The position numbers were made by a program, and so were the translations under genes. The notes under the pieces are model-generated. The model did no database searches. It was not told where the DNA came from and was given only the letters and a program-made list of their open reading frames with translations. DNA of 54,803 bases, from positions 373,370-428,172 of the forward strand of contig NMRA01000254.1 in NCBI GenBank assembly GCA_002633005.1. The letters run 5' to 3'. This stretch comes from Phoronis australis (Eukaryota > Animalia > Phoronida). Below are positions 24,540 to 36,852 of the stretch, piece after piece; positions within the stretch are counted from its first letter, which is position 1, and every line of letters starts with the position of its first letter.

Positions 24540-25636
24540 TTTTTACGGTTTCACTCTCTGTATATCAGACTATCCGTTGTGCAAGTTGTTTTGCAAACTA
24601 CACGTAGCGTATATCGTGACGAGCACGTGAGATAAAACGTGGTAAACGAAATAGCATATTGATATCAAGCGCATTTTACTTATTTTCAGTTGCCGTAGTC
24701 AAAAATTGATGGAACAATCAAACACTCCGCACAGCTTACTTTTTTCGCACGTGACCATTGCAAGAGACATGAATCGATGACTGACTAATCACACTGCTTG
24801 AACTCGAAGCATAGCACAAGAATCATCAATTTTTAGTATAGGCTCGTACAAAGTTTGGAAATATGGAAACAAATAATGATCAACATTCAGTTATTTGATA
24901 ATAGAAAATGATGCAATCAAACAATCGCGACTATGCAGATGTAATAAGTCATCGACACGTATAGCCAGCCATGAAGACTGTCGTCAAAATACAGCTTCCG
25001 TATACCCCAGAATTGCACACAGCCAGGGTAGTTCTGCTCGTCACCTCGCCGTGAAACGTGTATCAAAATGTAAAGCTAAAATCCGGACGGGGTGCATGCA
25101 AAATCTGAGAATCAACATACACTCATCTTGCCCGTTACAGCCGTTTAAGTGAAAAACAATGCAATAAACGTCATTTTCATGCGTAACTCTCCGCCTTTTC
25201 TAACAATGAAAAGTATGTCGTCGTTTTGAAAACAGTACGCTTCTGTCACGCGCACGCGCTTTTTCCTAAAGTTTTGCGACATCTCGGGATATGATGATAG
25301 CTTGGCAGCAGCAAAATTCCTTCTGAATTCGGCTTTTTGGGAGTCAAAATTCTAAAAACTTAAAATGAAGTGAAACCAGACATGTACGCAACCTCGTGAA
25401 AGAACAACATTTGATTGAAGAATCGGCGAAAAAAGAAACTGGCCAATAGGTGACGCAATATTTCATGGCGCCGAAAGCCGCCGCTAAAGATCGCTCCACA
25501 AATTTAGCAGCGGAAGAACGGTTGAACGCCATTTTTTCCAACACCAATAAATAATTTAGTTTACTCAAGGAAGACTGTAGTTTTTAATGACACTAATTTT
25601 GTGTCAGATTTTATCTTACCACTTTTTACCCACATG

Positions 25637-25673
25637 GGTGCAAAGCTGTATATTTAGTATACAGCTTTGTACC
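25637..25673. repeat. Short palindrome (16-bp stem, 5-nt loop)
   Basis: ggtgcaaagctgtata-tttag-tatacagctttgtacc. Confidence 0.8.
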
Positions 25674-27109
25674 AAGACTACGACAAGTTAAGTTCATGTA
25701 TCCTTGAGCATGCGCATCACTGATTGGCGACTGGAAAGTCGGGCTGCAAACATAGGTTGGATCAGCCTAGACAATTGGAAAAACTGTACATTCTCGAACC
25801 GAAAACATTCATGTCACTCAATAACAATATCACGTCAACAAGTCTAAAGCTCTGGGAATGACTCCAGCCCGCATACATGGATTTGCGCTGACCGCCCCCT
25901 AATCTCTCTTTTCCTCTCAGTCGTTGACGGGTTAGAATTTAATGTCAGGTGTCTCCTATGATTCTGTCTGTCAGCACGGACGATGGTTAAGTACTAGTCG
26001 AAACGTTTGTTTGCATATAATTACGTATAAATCTTTAGTAAAGTGTAGTATCATCACCTTCATGTTCCCGAAACACTGTAGCTGCTTTTCCACAAGCTTA
26101 TTAAACGATTTACTTGGAACGTTTTAAACAAAACTTGTAAATTCGCCGTGTGACAGCAATTTAATACGTTTCAAGTCTTTTGAGTCGAATTTCGAGGAAA
26201 GAGATGAGACCCCTGACCCAGGACAAAGAACTTGAAATCGCTTCGTGTACAAAACAAACTCAATATCGCTAAAACGTTATGCAGTTGTTGAACGTCACCC
26301 GCCGATTGTCGTACGATAAGTCTTTATAACCTCGCGTATTTGCGCTTTGGGACATTCCACGCTTTTCCGGGACCGTTTTCTTTTTAGACAAAAACATATA
26401 AGACTTAGGTTAGCTATGTGTGACGTCGTTTTCGATAAAACGCATTAAATTCAAACGACGAATTTAAAATGTGTTAACTTAAAGTGTTCGCGTTTTCTTC
26501 TCTGCCAAAGAATTTCACCTAAATTGCTCGCCTGAGTTGCATTGAAGGTGTCACGAGTTCCGGTTCACGCGACCGTCACCTCAGTTTCTCCGGCGTAACA
26601 TGCAGCTCATTATGGGACGGGCTAATAATAATTGGAGCAATTAATTAACGAGTGAATTACAATAAAAAACAGCACCGCTAATGTTGACCAAGAATAAGTG
26701 TATTTCGTGTGTTAGAAATTCATTTTGTCTATTGTGCGTGGGCTTTGTGAGTGGACGTGGAGCTTACTTGCCTGCGACAGTAAGGTCATTGTGTATTTTA
26801 CAAACAGACGGAAACTTTACATGCGCACGCTAAGAGACAAGATTTAGGATTGGTCCGATTCATCGTCTGCTGTCTCTTGGCCATATCAGACGTTCACTGT
26901 GAATACATGTACATGTATACTGCATGCCCTCAAAACATGTTTCACCTTTTAACCAATCTTATGTGGTACTGGAGTCGCGTGCAATACACTACAAAATACC
27001 TTATCCACTTGAGCTGTCTGCAACAGCCACGTGACTGATCTTTGCCCCACAATCCGTGCCCTGCTCTCTCCTACCGTAAAAATCACACACTGTGTCATGT
27101 AGTTTCTTA

Positions 27110-30100
27110 CTAGATTTGAAGAAAGTCCTCCACCTTTTTTCGATGTTCACCGTAAAGAATACTTCGAAACATTGTAGAGTCTAAAGGCACATTATTATTT
27201 TGTCTCTTCAAGGTGTCTAACTCGGATGCACTCAACGGTTCGTTGTTCATCAGCTTTTCCATCAAGTCCTTTTCTCTTCTTTTCCCGTAACCGCCACGTA
27301 TAGCCGATTGTAGTGACGAATCCACTATTCTGTCTAAAGCTTCAAGATAAGAGTTAATGTCATCTTTGTCCGAATCTGACTTCGATTTTGTCGACTGCTT
27401 TTTCTCCTTCGTAGCACCTTTTGAATCCTCTGGGAGATCTTGAGGCCTAGTAACCAAATGTTAAAACATTTAAAGAGGAAAATAAATTCGCCTTGGCTGC
27501 AAATATCGAAATTGATAAATAGCATTACTAAGGCATTTGACAGAATACCAAACTAAGGCAGTACTATCAAAATAATCACCATTGAAAAGTAATTGTGCGG
27601 ACAGCCTCAGTTTGGATTCAAATTTATAATCTCGTGGTCGCGGTTTAACGCCCTTGTGGCGGAGCTAAACCAAACCCGGTAAAATATTTTACGCGCATTT
27701 AACTGGTGTAGCAAAATCACCGGCCTTGATTTCGGAGATTGATTTCTGGCGGAAAAAGACGACAAGTGATATTTGTAACAAAATTAAGTTTTTCCGTTGT
27801 TTCATAGTTCTAGTCAAAGCTAATAACTTCTAAATGTCTGTCCCATACAACAATAATCGCAAAATACGTTTTTAGCCGCAAAGCCAATAATGTAAGAGTG
27901 AAGTAAAGGGAGGGAATTGTTCGCAAGCAAAATGAAATTCACTGTGGCAGTAGACTACGCCGAGATATATCGTAGATCTTGATCTATTCTTCAGCTGTTA
28001 ACCCAAAACATTTTTCACCACTGAATGTTTTATTCGTAATAGCAGGCGTGTATGCACTGGAGTTCCTTTGCAAATATTTTACAATGGAAAATTTGTATGC
28101 CGTGCAGCAATGGAGGGGTACCAAGCACCCATCAAACCCGTGACGTTACTCCCATGACCTCGACAACATCCAAAACGTGTGTAAAATGCTACTTGAAGAT
28201 GTCTTCCTACAAAAGTTTGTTTTGTTAAACTTCGCTTCGTACATTGTCCTACATGTAATAACTCTGATGACCAATTTCCGAATAGTTAATGCAGTGCCAT
28301 TTGGATTTACCTCGGTTGAGCTTTCTGTTTGGATCCGCCATGTGTCGTTGCTGTCTTGTTTTTATTTTCACTTGCGACATTTTCTTTAGCATTAGAAGTG
28401 CTTTGGTTATCGTCTTCCTTTGTAACTGATTGCTGTTCGGATTGTGAAGGTGACTGGCTTTTCTGTTTCGTCTTCTTCTCGTTCGAGCGTATAGGAGAGC
28501 TGGAAATCATGGGAACGGAATCTTAATAAAGCTAATCTTTAAAACAAAAACAGAATTTTTTATGAAGTCAATGAAAAAGTAAAATTAGGTATAAAAATTA
28601 AATTGTTAGTTAATTCAACATCGACTGCTGTCCCTCCTGCCTCAAGCATACTGACCGATTCCATGTCAAATCAAACTGGCAATAGTCACTCACTGAATGC
28701 ATAAATTAATTTACATGTCCCATTTCCAACATTTACGTGTACTAGGTATTTTATTAGATATATATGTTTTCTGTTGTCGAGTCCCCATGGAGCGCAAATC
28801 AAACCTCCGTTTTTGGGCCGTTACAGCATGGAATAGAGGTCACGGGTGGAAAACGACGCTGTGGCGATGAAGCCTCAGCGAGAACATTCTATTGCATCCC
28901 GATTTCACCGTCTAGAAGTCAATAAGGATGTGTGAAACATAATCTCCTTCACGCGTTGAAGGTTTGATGGAGATCCGTTACTTTTTTTTGGTTGGTCCTT
29001 GAGAACCAGCTAACCCATTGAAACATCGCAAGACTTGTTTGATCGCAGAAGCCGATAAAGCAAAAGCGCCGTCTTCTGCGCATATAGGGCGCTGCCGACA
29101 AATGGCATTTGGCTTTAATACGTTTGAAAATGTTCAACGTCGTCCTGCGATCACCTTATCTCGGCTCCTAAAGCCTTAGTTACATGTCGAACGATGCTCA
29201 GCCAATCCCGCAGATTGATTTGTAACATCGGTTTGCTTAACATGATCGGGCCATTTTTACTACTAGCTACATGTATTGGGTATTTTTGACGCCGCCTTCC
29301 GGCCGGTGCTACCATAATCATCCAAATGTCGGCGGATACGATCATTTTTAAGGAAAATACTCATCAGATCGGCTACGGAAGTTTGAAGAGATCCAGCCAA
29401 GTGAAAAGAAGTGTGTCAACTCAGCTGCTCATTTCAAAAACGGCCGCTTTTGCCTCGTGGAAAAAATGTCTACTCTTCATATGGAGTTACCTCTGCCGTT
29501 CTTTCAGTTTGTTTCTATCATGTCTGGCTGATGGATTGTTTCTATCATGTCTGGCTGATGGATTGTTTCTATCATCTCTGACTGATGGATTGTTCCTATT
29601 TTCCTTCGAGACTTTTTCTTTGACGACAAGAGGAGTCTGGCCATCATCTTCCTCTGGGTGCTTGTCCAATTTTTGTTCGGATTGGGCGGTTGATTGTTTT
29701 TTCTGATCAGTCTTCGTCTCTGCCGCGGTCACTGACGATCTGGAAAACAGGTGAGATTGTTAGCCGGTGCAATTGCAACGTAGGTAACATTCAACTATAA
29801 AAAGTTCCTTGATCCATGGACTAGTAAGTCAAGCTAAAGTGAAATTTAAAGGGCTTAAACGGGCCTGCGTTCCGCACACTACCGAAGAAACGCGAAATAT
29901 GGCGAGATATCCCCGTGTACATGTACATTGTATTACCAGCGAAGAATGTGATTACGCCAAATTAACTTGTTAAATTCTTGCAACCCGCTTCTGCGTTCCG
30001 TAAATCAAGTTTCATGCAAGAAAAGTGATATCACTCAAGTCTTAACAAGATATCGCCATTGCAACCGATCGAAGCGCGTGATCACCGTGGTTTTTCTCGC

Positions 30101-33100
30101 TAATGTCTAAGGTCTACGGAACGTAGTCCAGCCTTAACTACAGTGTATTTATACGACGATGTGTGCGTGTCGTCTTCCTGCACTAACACAACTAAAAGAA
30201 ACAGTCGTGTACAATTGTACATGTAAGATCGATTTTTTTCGAACGTGTTAAATGACAGAGGCAAATTGATGGACAATCTGAGAATCGTGAACTATCGCAC
30301 GGCTACATGTACTGTCAAAATCTGCAACGTAATGAATAAATGGACTTCGAATAGCTTACCTTGACACGTTTGGTTCGTTTACATCTCTTATATGTCGTTT
30401 ATAGCTAGATTCCGATTTCAGGCATGGAGAAGGAATCGGTGGCAAAACTTCAAAACTACCCAAACTTCGATCAGAGTTTCTAGAGGCAGGGGATTGTTTG
30501 AAGTTATCTGGTTTGGACGACATTTCTTGATTTTGAATTTCTGATTGAGCAGTTGACTGCTCTCTGCTCGTGCCATGAAAGTGATTTTCGTAGTTTTGTA
30601 AAACACTGGGCGAATCAGAAACACTGTCCACCCATTTTTCTACTTTTGTCTTTTTGTCAAGGGATTTATCCAGCAGTTTCAGATTTTCTGATGTCATTTT
30701 CGCATGCGTCAATTCTCCTTTAGAAGTTAATTGGTCATTAAAGGAATATTTCGTGTTCTCCTTTGTCTTTTCAATTTTGCTATCGACCTGTTTTGCAGCA
30801 CTCAGTGGTTCCGACTTCTGTTTCCTGAACTCGTCTTTCTTAGTGCTACTTAAGTTCCGCTCCTTGCTTTCCTTTTTATTTCCAAATCGATACTCCACTT
30901 CTGTATCAGTATGCGCAATATTCGAATCGACGTGTTTTCTGTGTTTCTTTTTGGTCACAGTTGTATACACACAGTCGGCTTCACTTGAGTCACGCGTTAC
31001 TCGGGAAGACGTTTTGCTGACCTGACTTTGAGAAATGTCACTAGTTTCCTGATAAATAATTCTTTCATGTTTTTCATCATACTTGTATGATTTTGACGTT
31101 TTATCTTCAACAACGTGTTTTTCTTTCAATGACGCTTTTCGCTGTTCTACTTCTTTCGTTCCTACACGTCGGCTTCGTTCATCATTTATTTCAGACGCAT
31201 CGAGATTTGCTCTTGTATGTTTGCTTTCATCCAGTTGCTCGTTTTTCGAGCTATGTTTCCTACTTTTGCTTCTAGCTCTTGCGTGTATGTTCTCGTGTTC
31301 GGCTGTTACGCTTCCACCGTTTTGCTTTGTGTCTTTTCCAACTGTCCTTGATGTTTCAATACGTTTTTCCGATTCCACAAAACTTAAACTCGTCTGTTTT
31401 CCCTTCTCCGGGCATTTATTAATTGAAGTCTCTTTGACGTCTTTTACTTTGTCTCTCTTGTTGGAAACTTCGTTAGACTCATTGCTAATGGCCTTTTCTT
31501 TTCGGCTTTCTTCATGATTCGTTGTAGCACGTTTGGTGATACTTTTAAATTCACCGTGTTTTTGGCCTTCATTGGTCAACTGAGAGTTTTTCACGGACGA
31601 TCCAACTTCGTCTTCGCTATCAGAGGAAAATATGACCTTTTTACGCTTTTGGGTACCTTTTTGTTGGTTTTTCTCTTCTAACAATTTTTCATACTTATCA
31701 AAAACACCTCCGTTCTTCGGGACATATTCTTTCTTTTTATGCTTTTTACTGGATTTTCTTTCCTTCTGTGAGTTATCTTGTTTTTTGGACTTGCTTGCCC
31801 ATTCATCTCGGTTATCTTCCGGTTGAACGATGGCTGACGAAAGTTCTCGAACAGGCTGCGGCTTCCTGCGGGGATTTTTGGCCTCGTACTCCTGCGCCTG
31901 CAATAGTAAAGAATAACTTGCTGATGTATCTCCACCCTCAAACCTCCCGTGTTGCGTTTTATAGCAAAAGTGAAGAGCAGAACGGTGTTGATCATAATGG
32001 AAGTGTTTGCAATAATGACGATAACAATGTTGAAGGTGGTGATGCACGTGTTGATGATGGTGTTAATAATGGTGTTGGTGTTGTTTGTGTGTTGGTGTTA
32101 TTAGTGTTGTTATTGTTGGTGTTTGTGGAGGTGGCGGCGGTGGAAGTGGAAGAGCTGCCGCCGCCGAGGAAAATTCCAGGCCCTGAATAAACAGACGTCT
32201 GCAACTGTAATGGCATCAATGATGCAGTGATGGATGTTTATGTCACGTGATTAAGGTGATAAGAGTGATGGTGGGGTCATTGACGAANCTTCCGGTTGAA
32301 CGATGGCTGACGAAAGTTCTCGAACAGGCTGCGGTTTCCTGCGGGGATTTTTGGCCTCGTACTCCTGCGCCTGCAATAGTAAAGAATACATGTAACTTGC
32401 TCATGTATCTCCACCCTCAAACCTCCCGCGTTGCGTTTTATAGCAAAAGTGAAGAGCAGAACGGTGTTGGTCATAATGGAAGTGTTTGCAATAATGACGA
32501 TAAAAATGTTGAAGGTGGTGATGCACGTGTTGATGATGGTGTTAATAATGGTGTTGGTGTTGTTTGTGTGTTGGTGTTATTAGTGTTGTTATTGTTGGTG
32601 TTTGTGGAGGTGGCGGCGGTGGAAGTGGAAGCGCTGCCGCCGCCGAGGAAAATTCCAGGCCCTGAATAAACAACGTCTGCAACTGTAGTGGCATCAATGA
32701 TGCAGTGATGGATGTTTATGTCACGTGATTAAGGTGATAATAGTGATGGTGGGGTCATTGACGAACGTTTGAAATTAAATCCTGTTAGGTCCAGCTTTAC
32801 TGTTGTACTTCTGCACCTCAAATTGTCTTTTCGAATTTTCCTGACAAATGATCTGGTACTAAAGAAACTACATTATTAAATACATAATTAAATTTGTAAA
32901 TGACTAAATTATCATCTGCTTGGAAACGATGGAACCCACACGTTTTCTCAGCAATGTTTTGCGATATTTTTCATGTTACATACATGTATTTAAGACGAGG
33001 TGTCAGGAGACATATTTAGTTGTTTACTTGCTAGAGGGCCATTAAACCTTCTGTTATTGATTTCAAAACTCAAAAGTTCTCCTCTTCTGCGATCAACACT

Positions 33101-34083
33101 TTTAGTTCCCATACACTTACATGTAGCTGCTCTCTGGGATTCTTGAGCCTACTCTAGTGCCTTTTAAAATCATACGAATCCCTGCGTTGGTGATTTCTGC
33201 CAATTTTCGGTCTATCCGCTAATGTAACTTTGGTGTCCCATTTGAATGATGAAAGCAGGGTTTAATTCAAAACACGTACCCACTGTGTCAAAAATTGATT
33301 TTATGGTTCTTGGTACAATCCAGGGCTGAGTTGCATAAAGCTTCAAAAGTTATCCGCTGGATAAGTTTGATTGTTGCGTGACGTCAGGTGCATTGTTCAA
33401 CAATAACAACTTGGCGTATGATATAATGCGTCGTCATTGTCTCTGTATGGCATATAACTTTAATGCAACTGGGCCCAGGTGGCCTTTCCCTAGAGTTATC
33501 GTGAAACTCGTCTAAAGCGTACATGTACATGTAATTCACACCATTTGTCAGACTATGTAAACAGTTTTAAACAAATGTAAATTGTTCTGAGAGTTGATGA
33601 AGAAAACAGAGTATTATCTTGTTTTAGAGAATGTCATACTGCCAACTTGCCTCCTGAAGTTTTCTTTTGACATGTATTCTTTCAGCAAGAGACAGGTCCC
33701 GTCCATTGTCCTCTTTAAATTTGTTTACCGCTTTTTCCACGTCATTGGGGTATGCACACTCTGCTAACAGCGACTTTATGTCAGGCACTGAAAAGGAACA
33801 TTATACTGCAATCTACCGCATCTCATCGTCCTGTCGGATAACGTACTCTAGAAAAAGGATACATGCCTAGAACTGATAAGAGATCTTTAGACGACGTGTA
33901 CACGTCACCAATCTACCGCTGCTGCGAGAGTACACTTGCGTGTGATTGAAGCTTTGTTGTGTGCAGATATAAAACACCTCCGAGAGAAAATTTGCGGCTA
34001 CGAAACTCCCCGAGGTATTCCGAATGATAATAGTTCTTAGTCGTGGGGAACACTTCGGTTGTTTTCGTTTCATTTCTGAGCAT
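27110..34083 (-). CDS. Uncharacterised ~865-aa Lys/Ser/Glu-rich, largely disordered protein; predicted exons 34083-33978, 33787-33651, 32858-32817, 31897-30360, 29739-29491, 28499-28311, 27446-27110
   Basis: All six junctions have AG acceptors and GT donors (one GC) with matching phases (1,0,0,2,2,2). The total of 2598 nt is 866 codons with no internal stop. It begins MLRNETKTTEVFPTTKNYYHSEYLGEFRSRKFSLGVPDIKSLLAEC and ends ...RKKVEDFLQI*. The first three exons are less certain than the last four. Confidence 0.75.
29509..29599 (-). repeat. 27-bp coding tandem repeat x3 (NNPSARHDR)
   Basis: ttgtttctatcatgtctggctgatgga repeated at 29509, 29536 and 29563. Confidence 0.9.
31816..32765. repeat. 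~475-bp direct duplication joined by a single N; probable haplotype/contig overlap artefact
   Basis: 31816-32287 matches 32289-32765, with N at 32288, a few SNPs and one 6-bp indel. Confidence 0.85.
33324..33475. mobile_element. PIF/Harbinger-type MITE with CAG target duplication
   Basis: CAG-GGCTGAGTTGCATAAAG ... CTTTAATGCAACTGGGCC-CAG. Confidence 0.75.
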
Positions 34084-34148
34084 GTGCAAACCTCAAAAGT
34101 ACAAGATTCCACAGTTTAGTACACCATATTGAATATAGTCACAAACCC

Positions 34149-34752
34149 AGAGTGGTGTAGATGAAGTACATGGAATATCCCGCCAGACATTATTTTGCGA
34201 ATCGACCGAGACCGAAAATTATCCCATACGCTTCGAATTCCTAAGTTTTTTTTTCATTTTTAGGCAGATTTTTTAAATACTTCACCTAGATTGTTCACGT
34301 GGTGGATCACATCCTATAGGTATGCACTTGCGCGTTAGGTTACAAGTTTTCTCTAGTAAAAGAAACAATTTTAAATGTAATTATTAATTACTTGAAAAGA
34401 AATAACAAAGATGAAAACAAAGGTAATTGAGCATTACACTTATAACATACCTTATCAACTAACAACAATATTTAACATTGGGGTTACTGAGGAATCGGCG
34501 CCTGAGTTGCAGACGATATAATATTTAGCTTATGAAACTGGGACAGAAGTGTCATGTAATTAAAAGTTTTGTATCAGATGTTACAATTGGGACCTGATTA
34601 CATATTGAGTGGTATTAATAGTGCTGAAATTTTATTACTTTGAACTATTTTGGGAAAGTTGAATGATCGAACCGGCTAACGGCGTCGAGTCGACATTGAT
34701 CTGCTTTTCGAATTTTCCATGTCAGAGGGCACTGTTAAAGTAGTCCGGGAGG
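34149..34752. repeat. Dispersed repeat, second copy at 50634-51010
   Basis: Shared blocks aatatccc..agacattatt..gcg.atcgaccgagaccg; agacgatataatatttagc; agaagtgtcat; cgagtcgacattga; tcagagg.cactgtt.aagtag..cgggagg. Confidence 0.8.
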
Positions 34753-35463
34753 GCAATACTGTAAACATCGCCGGTTCCCTTCGTGTAGATAACACGCAGG
34801 TACCATTCAGTACCACACGCTTTATCACTGGTTGATGTAACATTGGCAGTCATTGGTTTGTTTTACAACAAAAAAGAATGAAAATGGGGGCTACGATTTT
34901 TTGGCCTTGTCATGCAAGTGAAGTGACAGCAACTATTTCGTTTCTGCAGTAATGATTAATAGACGCGTGCTTGAAGCACATACATGTACATGTACAATAA
35001 ACACACGTAGCTGGCTGACTTGTAACAGGTGTGTTATTCGTACTGTGTGAATACAGGACAGCAACGTAAACAAAAGTCAGCGACAACAGAAAGATGCACT
35101 CTGAAAAGGCGCAACCACAATCTTTTGGATTCATATTTCTTGAACATGTATTAAGCACCGGTTTGTCTGTACAAAATACCCCATTTACACTTTCTCCATC
35201 AGTCATGCCGCCAGTTTGTTCGCCTAAAGCGTTACTTAGCTGTTGAGAATTCGATCAGCCAATCAGAAACGCCGGTGGAAAATTAAATGATAGGCCTACC
35301 AGGAAGTGAAATGTTTTCCTGATGATACCTGAGTGTTCTCTACCACCTAGCGACACGCAGGGGTACCATCGAGTATGGTAAACAATATCACATGTCCGTA
35401 CTCAACTTATTCAACGCGTACTGGGTAAATAATAAAGTACTGTAGAGTAAATAAACCAATCAA

Positions 35464-35715
35464 CATGCGCGCACCCATCCTAAAAATTGGGGGGGGGCTC
35501 GAATGTTTGGGAATATGGACCTTTTACCCAAACAAGGCACATTCAGTGCTGTGAATTCTGCGTTCGCCGAATTTTGATAATTTTTGTCTTTTTAGTGGAC
35601 TTTTGTCTAAATTTCTTGGACTTTATGTTTCTCTGAGGCGGACCCTTTTTCCCATTTCGCCAAATGGGGGTGGGGGCTTATTTGACCCCCTCGAGCCCCC
35701 GTGGGTGCGCGCATG
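35464..35715. mobile_element. MITE with perfect 14-bp TIR (hAT-like CA...TG ends)
   Basis: CATGCGCGCACCCA ... TGGGTGCGCGCATG with G/C runs inside; no clear target duplication. Confidence 0.7.
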
Positions 35716-36280
35716 ATCCACGCACGTTTCCCATGTCAGTGGAGGGAGAGTAAGAACTGGTTAAACATGTTTCCAGACGCATGTCGACTAAATTGTCAAG
35801 TGGCAGGCTGTGATACGCCGTAAAATGTAACAATTTCGTAAAATGTAACAAAAATGTAACAATTGTTACATTTTATGTCATTGTTACATTTTACGTTCCT
35901 AGGCCTCTCCTAAATGGTAACAAGATGTTACATTTTATGAAACTGTTAAAATTTACGTCGAAAGGAGTTTCCAGGATCAGGTAACAAGTTTTTTATCGTT
36001 AAAAGCGTTCTTGCAATTTTTTTGTTGGCGTTCATAAACCAATTGTGTATTCGACACTACAATAAACACACTTCCCTTGGTAAGAACATCAATGATATCG
36101 TATTTGGCTAATATTTATCGTATTTCTTCTGGAACGAACGACAATAACAACATTTTTCATGGAGAATTCAAGTTCAAAAACCACTTTGATAGAAACAAAC
36201 ACCAGTTTTAGTCTAGGATAGTCTGGTTTATTTCGGCTTTGGAGCCATCGCTAATGCAGTAATTGCCTTGCTTCACATAA

Positions 36281-36852
36281 AAGGAGCAAAACCAAAGTTT
36301 CTGAAGCCGGCTGGTGCTGTCTACCACCTTAGTTACGAATGTTTAATTTCTTAAAGTCACTGTGGTGGAAGGAAATAAAAGTACGCATTTATTTACCGGC
36401 AGGTTGACAGATTTTGCCAAAGCAACAGCAAAATATCGCCTTTGAGAAGGGCGAGCCACTAGCTTAAAAAGTGGCGGCATAGTAACGGAAAAAATACCAT
36501 TCTTCAGTCTTATGATGTCAAGCTTGTCTGAAATGGTGGTGGTAACAACAGGTCAAACCGTGACGTNAAGGAGCAAAACAAAGTTTCTGAAGCCGGCTGG
36601 TGCTGTCTACCACCTTAGTTACGAATATTTAATTTCTTAAAGTCACTGTGGTGGAAGGAAATAAAAGTACGCATTTATTTACCGGCAGGTTGACAGATTT
36701 TGCCAAAGCAACAGCAAAATATCGCCTTTGAGAAGGGCGAGCCACTAGCTTAAAAAGTGGTGGCATAGTAACGGAAAAAATACCATTCTTCAGTCTTATG
36801 ATGTCAAGCTTGTCTGAAATGGTGGTGGTAACAACAGGTCAAACCGTGACGT
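36281..36852. repeat. ~285-bp direct duplication joined by a single N; probable assembly overlap
   Basis: 36281-36566 is nearly identical to 36568-36852, with N at 36567. Confidence 0.85.

Noticed and set aside
27277-27300. GGYGKRR amidation/dibasic motif suggesting a neuropeptide precursor
   Set aside because: Single occurrence and no signal peptide in the gene model.
31898-32047. His-rich N-terminus (MHHHLQHCYRHYCKHFH) of ORF 30356..32047
   Set aside because: It lies upstream of a good acceptor (ttactattgcag|GCG at 31897) in low-complexity intron sequence and differs between the duplicate copies.
31768-32669. Two near-identical + strand ORFs with an apparent transmembrane segment
   Set aside because: These are antisense readings of a (GTT/GGT)-rich intron within the N-joined duplication.
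31816-36852. Direct duplications as genuine tandem duplications
   Set aside because: Both are joined at exactly one N and are near-identical, typical of unmerged haplotype overlaps.
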